The notes beneath the pieces are model-generated. The model saw only the letters and a program-made list of their open reading frames with translations, searched no databases and had not been told where the DNA came from. Below are positions 19,927-30,447 of a DNA stretch of 64,000 nucleotides, one piece after another. The DNA is taken from the IMG/VR virus record IMGVR_UViG_3300043449_002710, positions 62,001 to 126,000 of that record. The stretch is one strand, 5' to 3'. A program made the translations under genes and the position numbers. The stretch's first letter is position 1, and each line of letters begins with the position of its first letter.

Positions 19927-22368
19927 ATGCTTGATCAATTTTTGAAAACCGGTGGCAGTGATAAATTTTACCCAAATAGAAGCATTGTTTCTACACAAAG
20001 CTGTGTTTCTAAAGTTGGTAATTTGGCAGACAGTGCCCGCGTCTTTCGCTACCAAAAAGTAGATGTCCCTGTAAAATTAGGACACCGTTTAAATACGAAC
20101 GGCGGTTATTTAATCCCAGACGGCAAGACCTTCGCCATGGCTTACTCTAGCATTCAAGCGAATGGCGGTCCTGTGGGTACTGGTAAGGCTGCTTGGGCTT
20201 ATATCACGATTGGTAGCGGCTTGTTTTCAGATGGGGATACGATCACTTTCGGGACTAGAACGCTGACTTTAATCACATCGGGATCTTCAAGCGAAGACGT
20301 TTTGCTCATTGACGATACTGATCCGCATACCCAGCTTGATCAGATTAAAACTTATTTTTTAACGAGCGGTTTAGTTCCTTACACGAGTTTTCAATGTGAT
20401 TTTCATGGCATTATCCCAAATACTTTAGTTCTGAATGGAAATGCTCTCAACTCTAGTTTGGACACGACTGTAATTTCAGTAACATCTACAAACCCAGCAA
20501 TTTCAGTGAATTCTAACGCTGGAGTTTTCCACCCTTGGAAAGCTTGTGATCTTTTAAAAGATGTTTTTATTGTTTCTCCAAGACTTTTGTACTCGTACAG
20601 GCCAGATGATAATGTCCAAGGCGGAACTACTGATCCTTATTTTAATTCCTTGGAATACGATCTGGAAGCTGATCAAGTTATTAGAAATGTGTATTTCGGA
20701 TTACAACTGATAAGCAACAAAACGAAAAATTCTGGTTTTTATCTTCGGAAGAACACAGTTAAAAACGCTTCAGTCAGGCTCCCATACACAAATGAAGTTT
20801 ATAATTACGTTGAATTTATTTCCAAAATTCCAGGTACTGCTGGAAATTCTTTGACAATATCATTCGTTACACAGCCTGCAGTTCAGTATCAGCCTAGAGC
20901 TTCTTATTTTACGGCATCTGGCAATAACATCACTTTTCATTTAGCTTCTTCCTATTACGGCCAGGTAGTTTATAGTTATTCGGTTGAAGCTTTGTATCAA
21001 GCTTACGAAAGAAGTGAACCCGAAGTTCAAGCTCTTTTCTCTGTCAGTGGGGCTGGCAGTTTACCTGCCTTAGAGGTGGCTTCTTTAGTTCCTTTCTCTG
21101 GAGGAGAAAACTCGGCTGGATCGGATTACTGTAGAAATGCTTTTATTGACTATTACGTTTCTGGGATTTTAGATTCCGAATCGGGTGTGGGGGCTGCGAT
21201 TGCGCCTCCTGAAATGGCAGAGGATGGAACTTCTCGAATTATTCATGACGCCCCAGGCTCAGCTTGGGGGAAATATGGTTGTTTTGTGGCGAGATATCTC
21301 CCTGAGAACACCCCTATTCATGCTTACGCTCAAATTCATGACCTTTGGTTCACAGCAGTAACTGGTGGAGTGGCAGGAAACAGTATTACTATTGAATACA
21401 CTTCTGGAGGCACGGCTGGGAGCGAATCCGTTTCGGTGCTAGGCAATGCTATTACAGTTCAGATTGAAGATGGAATTAGCACCTCAGAAACTATTTTTGA
21501 TGCTTTGACTACAGGCCCCTCTGCAGCCGCTGTGAGCGCTTTGGTTAAAATCAAAAAAATGGGATTGTCCAACGATGCTCCGGTTGCGGCCATGGCTTCA
21601 CCGGTTTCTTTAGTTAAAGGAAGCGCAGGGTACACGACACCTTCTGGTTATGTTATTGTCCCTAGATTAAACGCAAGCGTAGTCACTTACACTCGATATT
21701 TTGATGTTTATTGGTCGAGCGATTTAAACACCCCTTCTAGTTTTAAATATTGCCAGGGTTTTAGTATTTCCTTTCCTTATTGGAATCCGCATTATAATGT
21801 AACTTCCTTTAGAGAATCTTTCGAGATTAAAGATGGGTACGATCTAATCGGTCCTTACGTGTCTTTTATTTATCGCAATAACCAGCAAGAATTTCGCATT
21901 CGTCCAGATACCAAAGCTTCCTTAAATTATAATTCTACACATTGGGAAGCGGTTACACCTGGATTTGCTGGGTCGGATCTTAAAATTCAGATCTTAGGTA
22001 CAAAGACGGTTGGGAATGAACTCGTGACTATGGTTGGAAACCTAATCAAAGTCGAAATTCAAAATGGGTTGAGCACCGTTCAAAGCGTTCAAACCGCGCT
22101 GAGTAACAACCCAGCCGCCGCTGCTTTAGTCTCTGTGAGCCCGGCATCTGGATATACGACTGCTAGCCCGGTTACCGTGGGTTCGGATGAATATCTGGTC
22201 GGCGGTAAAGACGCTTGGTTTGTTGATGGGATGTATGGGTTTGGTTACGTATCGTTAACGCCAAGAACTTACGCCATCAACGATGACCAAAACACTATGG
22301 TTCAGATTCCATACGCCAATAAAGATTATATGGTTATGGATACTTTTAGATTAGTAGACTTGGAGTAA
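19927..22368 (+). CDS. virion structural protein with repeated sheath-like modules
   Basis: Three copies of a (S/A)..PG.AGN.(I/L).I motif. Confidence 0.6.
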   Translation: MLDQFLKTGGSDKFYPNRSIVSTQSCVSKVGNLADSARVFRYQKVDVPVKLGHRLNTNGGYLIPDGKTFAMAYSSIQANGGPVGTGKAAWAYITIGSGLFSDGDTITFGTRTLTLITSGSSSEDVLLIDDTDPHTQLDQIKTYFLTSGLVPYTSFQCDFHGIIPNTLVLNGNALNSSLDTTVISVTSTNPAISVNSNAGVFHPWKACDLLKDVFIVSPRLLYSYRPDDNVQGGTTDPYFNSLEYDLEADQVIRNVYFGLQLISNKTKNSGFYLRKNTVKNASVRLPYTNEVYNYVEFISKIPGTAGNSLTISFVTQPAVQYQPRASYFTASGNNITFHLASSYYGQVVYSYSVEALYQAYERSEPEVQALFSVSGAGSLPALEVASLVPFSGGENSAGSDYCRNAFIDYYVSGILDSESGVGAAIAPPEMAEDGTSRIIHDAPGSAWGKYGCFVARYLPENTPIHAYAQIHDLWFTAVTGGVAGNSITIEYTSGGTAGSESVSVLGNAITVQIEDGISTSETIFDALTTGPSAAAVSALVKIKKMGLSNDAPVAAMASPVSLVKGSAGYTTPSGYVIVPRLNASVVTYTRYFDVYWSSDLNTPSSFKYCQGFSISFPYWNPHYNVTSFRESFEIKDGYDLIGPYVSFIYRNNQQEFRIRPDTKASLNYNSTHWEAVTPGFAGSDLKIQILGTKTVGNELVTMVGNLIKVEIQNGLSTVQSVQTALSNNPAAAALVSVSPASGYTTASPVTVGSDEYLVGGKDAWFVDGMYGFGYVSLTPRTYAINDDQNTMVQIPYANKDYMVMDTFRLVDLE

Positions 22369-22374
22369 TGATGA

Positions 22375-23409
22375 ATGAGCACTCCTTATAGTTTAGATAG
22401 TTTTAGCGATTCTAGTGTGGTGGAGACTTTTCCGCCATCACTACCGACTTCTAATTATACGGTGGATCAGATTCTGGCCCAAAAGCCTGAGGGCTTTTTC
22501 TTTAAAGACCCGATCCCACATCTCTCGGATCGTCTTGAGGCTCCAGACATATCTTTGGAAAGATTTGGAACCAGCACGATTCAATTTTATGCGCCTGCTT
22601 ATTCGGCAACTGAAATCACAGATAACTATAAAGTGATCGGTGTAACGTTAGATCTCATTCTAACAGAACCCGTGACGGTGGATTGGGCTGTTACGGGCGG
22701 AACCGCAGTTGATCTTCAAGATTATACGATTGCTGGCGGCACTTCTGGGACTTTGACTTTCAACCGAAATGAATGGATTAAATTCATTCCGGTGAATATC
22801 ATCAGCAATGCTTTAGCTAAACCTGCTAGAACAATTGAATTGACGCTTTCAAATCCAATCGGCTCTGGAAATTATTTTCCAAAATTTGTTTTATACTCAA
22901 ATCCAAGCCCAGGCCAATACGTGCAGATTGCGTATGATCCTGTAAATGATTATTATAATTATCATTACTTCTATTTTGGGACCGATATTACAATCGGAGC
23001 AACAAAAGAAGAAACCGCTCAGAATATAGTTTCTTACTATAATACTGTTCATGGCAATCCTAATGTCGTTGCCACGGCTATCGGAAATGAAGTTCGATTC
23101 GAACTCGATTTCCCAACAGATCGAGATCTCATATTTTCGACAGATAGCCCAAACCTTCTGACTTATCTTGGAAATTATAAATATTTTGTTTCTGGGGTCC
23201 ACGATTGGACTTTGAGTTTAGGGGCAATAGCCCAAACCATCATAACGATCGAAGGGCACCCAGCCCAGCCGGGCGTAACCATGGTTCTATCTTATAACCC
23301 GACTACAAAAACCATTAACCGGGTTTCTCAGATTCCGACTACAAGCGTTATTCAGTTACAAGAAACCTTGGATAATTTCTCTCAAAGATTACAGAACATG
23401 GGTTTCTAA
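22375..23409 (+). CDS. Calx-beta/Ig-like domain virion protein
   Basis: VTVDWAVTGGTA....DY.I.G...GTLTF...E..K.I.V.II Calx-beta signature. Confidence 0.7.
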   Translation: MSTPYSLDSFSDSSVVETFPPSLPTSNYTVDQILAQKPEGFFFKDPIPHLSDRLEAPDISLERFGTSTIQFYAPAYSATEITDNYKVIGVTLDLILTEPVTVDWAVTGGTAVDLQDYTIAGGTSGTLTFNRNEWIKFIPVNIISNALAKPARTIELTLSNPIGSGNYFPKFVLYSNPSPGQYVQIAYDPVNDYYNYHYFYFGTDITIGATKEETAQNIVSYYNTVHGNPNVVATAIGNEVRFELDFPTDRDLIFSTDSPNLLTYLGNYKYFVSGVHDWTLSLGAIAQTIITIEGHPAQPGVTMVLSYNPTTKTINRVSQIPTTSVIQLQETLDNFSQRLQNMGF

Positions 23410-23571
23410 ATGATCATACCTGATTATAGCTTGAGTGATCCGATCGTAATTTATGATAATGTTGCCAAAGGTTTTGCTGTCCCGCAGCTTTCGGTGGAGC
23501 AAATTGAGAACTTGAAGCAGCAACTAGAAGACCTAGAGACTAGGATCGAAATTGCGGAAGCCAGTCATTAG
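23410..23571 (+). CDS. small coiled-coil protein, 53 aa (not in ORF track)
   Basis: My translation: MIIPDYSLSDPIVIYDNVAKGFAVPQLSVEQIENLKQQLEDLETRIEIAEASH; starts right after the upstream stop. Confidence 0.6.
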   Translation: MIIPDYSLSDPIVIYDNVAKGFAVPQLSVEQIENLKQQLEDLETRIEIAEASH

Positions 23572-23600
23572 CTCAATAACCGTGTTATTTTTAATAAGTT

Positions 23601-24137
23601 ATGAAACGAAATCATTTTCTTCAGGCTTTAGCTCCCGATGTGGAGATCCTACTCGAAAAAAGCCCGGTCACTTCCAAGCTTTGGCAAGTGGCTAGAGAGC
23701 TTGATTTCTTCTTTACCTTGCAAGGTAGACCTAGGCAGCGGATTCGGTCTTCTCTGAAAGCCACGAGATCACAGGTGCTCAGTTCCACCGATCCCTGGGC
23801 AGAGATTCAATACCAATCTCTCTATCTGACAGACGACACGAAAGATCGGATCGTGCTGCACGAACCCGCGTCAGATGACCCGACTGTCGGGATTATGGTT
23901 TTAAAAGCCGCTCGTCTTCGTGGTGAGAGCGGTTTGGTCTATTGCGGCAAGGAAGAACAGCTTAAAAGCTTTGCTAGCAAATTAGCCGAGTACGAAGAAC
24001 GCGGTGCAGACTTGAACGAAAAAGATTTCCTTTCTTGCCTGAAGGAAGCGGCTGAAGCCGAGGGCTTGAAAGTTATTTTCGAGCGTTTGTCCCCAGAGCA
24101 CGGTGGGGAAGCCGAGATGGAAGACTGGGAGGATTGA
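23601..24137 (+). CDS. hypothetical protein
   Basis: 178-aa ORF preceded by TTATTTTTA. Confidence 0.65.
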   Translation: MKRNHFLQALAPDVEILLEKSPVTSKLWQVARELDFFFTLQGRPRQRIRSSLKATRSQVLSSTDPWAEIQYQSLYLTDDTKDRIVLHEPASDDPTVGIMVLKAARLRGESGLVYCGKEEQLKSFASKLAEYEERGADLNEKDFLSCLKEAAEAEGLKVIFERLSPEHGGEAEMEDWED

Positions 24138-24508
24138 TGCGAATCTCCAATCGATACCCAGTTCTAAAGAAAGTTTTGGCTGCACTAGAAGCCCCGCTGT
24201 TTTTGAACGCAGACGTAGAAGCGGATTGCTGGGCTGAAACCACGGGTGGGGAAACTATCTTTCATTGTGACCCCAAATCCGCCAATCTGTTACTTCCAGA
24301 AGCCGATGCCCATACCCTAGAGCATCTCAAAGAACTTCCCAAAAGTTTTGGTTTGAAAGTAAAAAAGCATTTTGAAGACGAGCAAGCTCGGGCGGCTTGG
24401 TTTTACTTTGTCTTTGATGTTGAGATTCAAGGAACCGAACAAAAAGATAACGGGATGTATGAACTTCAGTACACAGCGAAGCTGAGAGACTGGAGTTATG
24501 AAACCTAA
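24134..24508 (+). CDS. hypothetical protein
   Basis: 124-aa ORF coupled to the upstream gene. Confidence 0.6.
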   Translation: MMRISNRYPVLKKVLAALEAPLFLNADVEADCWAETTGGETIFHCDPKSANLLLPEADAHTLEHLKELPKSFGLKVKKHFEDEQARAAWFYFVFDVEIQGTEQKDNGMYELQYTAKLRDWSYET

Positions 24509-24523
24509 TCGATTGGGGGAGTA

Positions 24524-26386
24524 ATGCCAGTTACCCCTACCCTTCAGATCGCAGCCGTCTATCAACCTGACTCGGATGAAGTCTGGGTTGATTTTAAAGC
24601 CTTGGCCACGGATCAAGTCACGGTCTTGGTGGCCGATCGAATTGTTGCCAAGCTGAAAGTGGCCTCCAAGGACTTAAATGGCACGGTGACTTATCGAGAT
24701 CTAACTGAGATCACGACCACTAAAGACTATCTTCAGGCCGAGAAGAATTATCTTCTCAAGTTCAGGCATCCAAAAAGAAGAAAAGATTTGTTTCTAAGCA
24801 TTGATGCTCTTTTTGGTTCGGACGTTTTTCAAAAGCAAGTCTCGGTTGGGGAAGCGGCTTCCCCCTACACTGAAATGCAGCTTCCTGACAACGTGCTTTG
24901 GGAAAAAGACACCTTTGATGAAGGCGTGGACTTGGGAGACAATCCAGGCTTTGGTGAGAATTTTCCAAATAACAACCAAGTTGTTCTTGAGCCTAAGCTT
25001 CTAGACTACGCTCAGAAATTTGACTTCACTTTGTCTCAAGATCCTCAAGTCTTTGAGTCCCTGCTCTATCAAGGCGGTGGAAATCGCCTTTTGATGAGCA
25101 ACAAAAACAATTCCTATTTGTTTCAAAATTTGAATCAGTCCCCTTGGGGGTTGTCTTCCTATGCGTTCATGGAACCGCAAAGACAAAACCTTTTGCCCAA
25201 CCCTTTCTTCAATGCAGCTACACAAAATACACCAAACGGTTATCTGGTGGATTCGGCTGGCGCGATTTTAAATCAAACTCTAGCGCCTGATTATTTGACT
25301 GCAACGGGAGCTAAGCTTTGGACCTTACGATTCAGGCAAGCCAATATGTACTCGGCTTTCAATCAAGCTAGAGTATCTCTGAGCGCACCTATCTCAGTTT
25401 CAGAAAACCAGCCCTATACCTTTTCAATCTACACAAAGGTCACCCCTCTTTCGATGACAACCGAAGTTAATCAATTTAAACTTGCCTTGGCTTGGAAAGA
25501 TTCTTTAGGCGGAATTATTCAAACCGATGAAGAAGTCCTTCAGACTTCAAATTTTTCAAGTCTAGGGCTAGCTCAGATGCAGGTTCAATCCCCTATTGGG
25601 GCGGTGGCCGTGGAGCCCGCTTTTTATCTAGGGTCGATCGATGCTGGTGATGACGTTCAGTGGGTATTGTTTGCGCCTCAATTAGAAACGGGCACGCACC
25701 CCACGAGCCGGTGCTCGGGCAGCCGCGCTGAAGACGTGATTGAGATCCCCAACTACACTGCAGCCAATCAAAAGGTTAGGATCGAATTCATCCCAGGATT
25801 TGATTCTGGATTATCCACCGTGGCATTGACCACAGGGCCTTTGCTTCTTTCCTTGACGGCTGCCTCTAAGTTTAGAGCCGAGATTCCAAACTATACGACT
25901 TCCAATCAAGTTGTTTTTGACAGCAATAATACCTCCAATGCCCAACCTTATTTGGGAACCATACTTTATGCTAAAGGCGCTTTAGGGGTAAGCATTGTTG
26001 ATGGAACCACCGTAATTCTAACTGGTACGGCCAATGGCACAATCAGTGGTGGACAATATATAGTGAAAGATTCGCTGCCGGGTTGGTTCTATTTAACCGA
26101 TCTCAATAGTCAGCAAGTTCCATTCACAGGTAATGGTACAGGATCATTTACATTGACCTTTATTTCGGGAACAGCCGCAATCGCTGAAATCCCATTGGTC
26201 TTTTCCGCAGGCGATGTCCTGGATCTGACTGTTCAACACCAATCAGGTGGATTTTTATCTATCTACCAAAGTGGCGATCTTGCGGCTCAAGTTCCGCTCC
26301 CAGCAATCGCAGTCGCCCCATCCCCATTTTTGATCCGAGGGTTTCTAGGGGAGATCCTCAGACTGACGGTTTTCTCTCGGAAATAG
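24524..26386 (+). CDS. virion protein with carbohydrate-binding-like / spike-fibre-type domain
   Basis: RQNLLPNP.F ... YTFSIY.K ... PQLE.G..PTS...SRA.D motifs typical of phage CBM-like domains. Confidence 0.65.
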   Translation: MPVTPTLQIAAVYQPDSDEVWVDFKALATDQVTVLVADRIVAKLKVASKDLNGTVTYRDLTEITTTKDYLQAEKNYLLKFRHPKRRKDLFLSIDALFGSDVFQKQVSVGEAASPYTEMQLPDNVLWEKDTFDEGVDLGDNPGFGENFPNNNQVVLEPKLLDYAQKFDFTLSQDPQVFESLLYQGGGNRLLMSNKNNSYLFQNLNQSPWGLSSYAFMEPQRQNLLPNPFFNAATQNTPNGYLVDSAGAILNQTLAPDYLTATGAKLWTLRFRQANMYSAFNQARVSLSAPISVSENQPYTFSIYTKVTPLSMTTEVNQFKLALAWKDSLGGIIQTDEEVLQTSNFSSLGLAQMQVQSPIGAVAVEPAFYLGSIDAGDDVQWVLFAPQLETGTHPTSRCSGSRAEDVIEIPNYTAANQKVRIEFIPGFDSGLSTVALTTGPLLLSLTAASKFRAEIPNYTTSNQVVFDSNNTSNAQPYLGTILYAKGALGVSIVDGTTVILTGTANGTISGGQYIVKDSLPGWFYLTDLNSQQVPFTGNGTGSFTLTFISGTAAIAEIPLVFSAGDVLDLTVQHQSGGFLSIYQSGDLAAQVPLPAIAVAPSPFLIRGFLGEILRLTVFSRK

Positions 26387-26447
26387 TAAACTCTTGGAAC
26401 AAGAGTATTTTTAGGTTTGAGCGACCTATCAAGGATTGGGGAAAGTA

Positions 26448-29054
26448 ATGGCAAATATCTTAGGCGGTCTCAATTACGATGCTACACTCAGCGCTGAAGA
26501 TTACAAAGCTTATCGGAATTTGATCGAAAATGAGCTTTTAACTCGCTTTTTGCTCTCAGCGGGCTACCCACCCAATACTCTGCCGACCACTGGAATTGTC
26601 GATCTAATTGATCCGGCAGCGATTTCTTCCTCAGAAACGACTCGTCCATTTCTGGTCACGATCTCCGCGCTCGATCCTTTGCAGATCAAAGTCAACCCAG
26701 GCATGGCAATTACGCCAGCCGGGGCAATTATTAAAAGTGATCTGATTTTCTCAAATCCGTTAGCTCGAACTTTAGCGAATGACATCAATGTCATCTATCT
26801 TGAAAGCTCTCTTGTTCTCGGGGGGACGAATCTTCTCAATGACTATCAAGAGAGTCTTTATAGCCAAGAGATTCAAAACCCGACTTCCTTAGGGGTGGTT
26901 CTTCTTTCGGACTGGAACAACACTTCCATTTTCCCACCCGACAGAAAAAAGAACTGTGTGGTCATTGCTGTGGTTTCGGTTGTCCCCACGTCAGCCGGGG
27001 ATTTAGAGCTTCAAATCGATCACACGAGAAATATTTATTCGTTCAATCGTCCGTGGTTTTCGATCCAAGACATTCAGCATCGTTCGCAAGTGGGGGGTGG
27101 AGAAGTCACAACCAATAACCCACACGGAACTTCTTTAAACGATCTTTCAACGGCTGGGAATGTCTCCCTTTTCCAAGGGCTCTTAGATACCGGGGTAGTG
27201 GTTTCTAGGGATACCGCAATCTCAAAATTAACGGGTGCCAAGTATTGCGTGGAACAAATCCCAGTCACTCGGATCAAAACGGATTTAACAGGCTCGATCA
27301 CAGCACGTTCGATCTATGGTGGAGCCGGTTCCAAGTATTGTGAGCTTTTAACTTTCCCCACTCGAATGGGATCGATTTATCAGTCTGGAGTTAAAGCCAA
27401 CCCGATTGTGGCTGAATGGATTGAAGGCACCAACATCTTGGTCTTTGGTTCGGCAGAACCGTTGACTCATCCGCTGGTTGCTGAATACACTGAAGCCAAA
27501 GCTTTAGTTCCTCCAGTTTCAGCCAATAATTCCACGGTTCTTTCCTTTGGAACTCCTCTTTCGAATGAGATTTTGGTCTCAGGCGGTTTGACTCATACGA
27601 CGATTGCAGATCCTACAACCGATCTTGTCGGTTCGGGTCCATTTCCAAGAAGGTACGCGGTTTATCATCAGGCAAATGGAACTTTGGTCACTTATCCGCA
27701 GGTTCTAGTTCCAGCCATCTTCTTGAATGACTTAAACAGTTTCTTAGATACCACGGTGATCTATCCTGGCCGAATCCGAATCGGAATTACCAAGGCAAGC
27801 ACTGTTTCCACCATGAGTTTAGGCTTTGTTTTAAACGGCAAAGACTTATATGGGAATGCTCTTTCTGAAACGGTGACGATCTCAACTGCCAACGGCTATG
27901 TGGATGAGACGTTGCCTTCAACCAACTACGATTCTGACAATCAGCAATACATGACTCAGAACGTGTTTTCAGCGTTGGAAAACATTCAGGTCACTCGGAC
28001 AGATGATGGCCCATTGACTACGATTCAGATTTGGGTGGATTGTGAACCTACGACTTCGTCTGATCTGAATGATGCTATCAAGGTCGCAACTGTATTTTGG
28101 GATGGTCATGGGATCTCGGGCGTGGAAGATGCTCGTATGGTGTCCAAAGGGTTTTATCGACCCGGCCAAGGGCAGCTTATCAAAGCCACCGCAGAAGCCC
28201 TTTTGGATTCAGGAAGGCTTCTTAGTCAACTGACCACTCCCCCCACTTTGAATCAGGACTCAAGTCTCATCTTTTCTGAGGACTTCGAAGATCTGAAAAA
28301 TTTTGATTCTTCTCGTGGGTTTGAAAGCCAGATTGCTTCTGTTGGAACGATCGGATTATTGAACAATTCTGCCATCATTGCTGGCACCACAATCACCTTG
28401 AGGCCAGGGAAAACTTTGACCTTCACCACGTTGGCACCCGCTGTGGCAGGTGAAGTTCAAATCGGGGCAAACCTCACGGCCACCCTCAACAACATCGTGG
28501 CCGCTGTGAATGACCCTGCGTTTGCTTGCAATATCGTGGCAAGCGTTGGCAGCGCAAACACGGTAAAATTGGTGATTCAAGATCTTGTGGGTTCTTTAGG
28601 CAATGCCGTGGATTTGACCACTTCAGCAAGCTCCTCGGCTTTATATGTCGGGGGGTTCAATAGCGGTTTTGATGCCTACGGGGAATGCTACTTAGAGAGA
28701 GCGGTTGTGGGACTGAAATCGATCAAAGTCCCAGCCAATACCAATCTCAACCCCTACAATTACGGTTACAGAAACCGCTACCGATCAAGAGCCTTTGCTT
28801 GCGTGGGGTTGCAGCAGAAATTTGCTATCGCTCTTCATAAACAAAACAAAGCCTACCCGACAAGTATTCGAATTCGTGGGGCGACGATCACTGAACCCAA
28901 CCAGTGGTTACCTTGGCAAATCGCAACTCCCGCTGCGCCTGGATACTTGGGTCTTTACGTTGCTACGCTGTCTTCCTTTGTTTTTAAGGTCCAAGTGGAG
29001 ATCTACGGGGAAGCTCGCGGTTGCTCTGTTTATCAGTTAAAATCAAACGTCTAA
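26448..29054 (+). CDS. large virion structural protein
   Basis: ATG 26448 in the 872-aa ORF; LQIKVNPGMAITPAG anchor motif shared with 9873 and 29067 products. Confidence 0.65.
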   Translation: MANILGGLNYDATLSAEDYKAYRNLIENELLTRFLLSAGYPPNTLPTTGIVDLIDPAAISSSETTRPFLVTISALDPLQIKVNPGMAITPAGAIIKSDLIFSNPLARTLANDINVIYLESSLVLGGTNLLNDYQESLYSQEIQNPTSLGVVLLSDWNNTSIFPPDRKKNCVVIAVVSVVPTSAGDLELQIDHTRNIYSFNRPWFSIQDIQHRSQVGGGEVTTNNPHGTSLNDLSTAGNVSLFQGLLDTGVVVSRDTAISKLTGAKYCVEQIPVTRIKTDLTGSITARSIYGGAGSKYCELLTFPTRMGSIYQSGVKANPIVAEWIEGTNILVFGSAEPLTHPLVAEYTEAKALVPPVSANNSTVLSFGTPLSNEILVSGGLTHTTIADPTTDLVGSGPFPRRYAVYHQANGTLVTYPQVLVPAIFLNDLNSFLDTTVIYPGRIRIGITKASTVSTMSLGFVLNGKDLYGNALSETVTISTANGYVDETLPSTNYDSDNQQYMTQNVFSALENIQVTRTDDGPLTTIQIWVDCEPTTSSDLNDAIKVATVFWDGHGISGVEDARMVSKGFYRPGQGQLIKATAEALLDSGRLLSQLTTPPTLNQDSSLIFSEDFEDLKNFDSSRGFESQIASVGTIGLLNNSAIIAGTTITLRPGKTLTFTTLAPAVAGEVQIGANLTATLNNIVAAVNDPAFACNIVASVGSANTVKLVIQDLVGSLGNAVDLTTSASSSALYVGGFNSGFDAYGECYLERAVVGLKSIKVPANTNLNPYNYGYRNRYRSRAFACVGLQQKFAIALHKQNKAYPTSIRIRGATITEPNQWLPWQIATPAAPGYLGLYVATLSSFVFKVQVEIYGEARGCSVYQLKSNV

Positions 29055-29066
29055 AAAGGAATAAAC

Positions 29067-30170
29067 ATGCAAAGAATTCAACTTGCCATTGGCGATCCTG
29101 TAGATGCGGAAACCATTCAAGAGATTCTTTCATCCTTGGCCCAACCCGGGGTTCTGTTGGGGTTTGATCTCACTGTACCGGGATCTGGAACTTTAGCGGT
29201 TCAACCTGGGGCAGCCTTAACAGATTCCGGCGTTTTGATCGTGGAAGACGAAGCGATCACGATTCCTTTTTCTCCCACCCTTTCGGCGGGCAATTTCACT
29301 CTGTATTATTCCTACATTCCTAGTAATAATTTTGGGGGTAATCCCGCTGTCTTGGTGCTTCAGCCTGGGTTATTTCCAGCCGATAATTTTATCAATGGCG
29401 TTGTACTCGGTTGGCTGAAGTACCCTGGGGGTTCGGTTCAGGTCAACCCTGAAACCATGTATATCCCAGCGCCTAGGATCAGGCTTTCCATTTCTCCGTT
29501 GAAAAGGAAAAACGAGTTTCAAACTCTTTACAGCCCTCTTTCCACTCGTTGGACTCAATACCAACTGGTCGGAGGGCCAGCCTCAAAAACCGCAACTACT
29601 ACAACAGGCTCGAACACAATCATTGTCTCTAGCAATGCCGGGATTTCCGTGGGTCAATTAGTGACCGGAGATGGCATTCCCTTGGATACTTTGGTGACTG
29701 CAATCAGCGGCACGACAATCACTTTAAGTGAGGACGCCACGGCCACTGCGGCTGGGGTTTCCGTTTCTTTCACGATTGTCCCCAAAGTGATCGAAAGCTA
29801 TGATTCGACAACCAAGGTGCCTGTCACGGCTGTCTATAACCCTGATCCCAACATCGCGATTCAAGTGGGCTACATCGTTCCTTTCAGGGTGCCGTTGGAT
29901 GGCTTGGGTCAGGTTGAGCTGTATTTACAGACTGACTATGGCGCGACTGCGGCTATCTTTTTAGCCGACAGCTTAGGTAACGTGCTTTCTCCGAGTACGT
30001 TTAATATTTTTACCAACAACCCGATGAGCCGTCAGGTTTTAAATGTCCCTCAAAACGATTACCTGACTCCCAACTCAGAAATGTTTGTTCAGTTGGTTTT
30101 AAACATCCCGGCCAATTCTTACATCCGATTCAGATCGGTTGGGATCTCTAGCTATACGGACCCGTTCTAA
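29067..30170 (+). CDS. virion structural / fibre-like protein
   Basis: G.DL.V.GSGTLAVQPGAA....G anchor motif plus TTTGSNTI.V....GI.VGQ.VTG.GIP..T.V..I.GTTITLS module; AAGGA RBS. Confidence 0.65.
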   Translation: MQRIQLAIGDPVDAETIQEILSSLAQPGVLLGFDLTVPGSGTLAVQPGAALTDSGVLIVEDEAITIPFSPTLSAGNFTLYYSYIPSNNFGGNPAVLVLQPGLFPADNFINGVVLGWLKYPGGSVQVNPETMYIPAPRIRLSISPLKRKNEFQTLYSPLSTRWTQYQLVGGPASKTATTTTGSNTIIVSSNAGISVGQLVTGDGIPLDTLVTAISGTTITLSEDATATAAGVSVSFTIVPKVIESYDSTTKVPVTAVYNPDPNIAIQVGYIVPFRVPLDGLGQVELYLQTDYGATAAIFLADSLGNVLSPSTFNIFTNNPMSRQVLNVPQNDYLTPNSEMFVQLVLNIPANSYIRFRSVGISSYTDPF

Positions 30171-30171
30171 T

Positions 30172-30447
30172 ATGGCAGCCTGGGGTTATCGTCTAGAGTT
30201 ACTGAAGAGTCAGCTTTCCAAAGATGGTCTAGATGTGCGGTTTCAATCGACCTCGCATCTTCCGACCAGTTTTGAGATTAACCACAAGGTTTTTTATACT
30301 TGTTTTATTTCAGAATTAGATTCCTGGGCTACGATCTATGTATCAGATAAATTGCGAGGGCCGAGGTACTACGCTGCCATCACTGTCTCAGACAATGGCA
30401 AAGTCCATTGCTTGGAACTCAAAAAATTCCTGCATGACTCAAATTGA
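30172..30447 (+). CDS. hypothetical protein
   Basis: ATG at 30172 directly after the upstream stop. Confidence 0.5.
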   Translation: MAAWGYRLELLKSQLSKDGLDVRFQSTSHLPTSFEINHKVFYTCFISELDSWATIYVSDKLRGPRYYAAITVSDNGKVHCLELKKFLHDSN

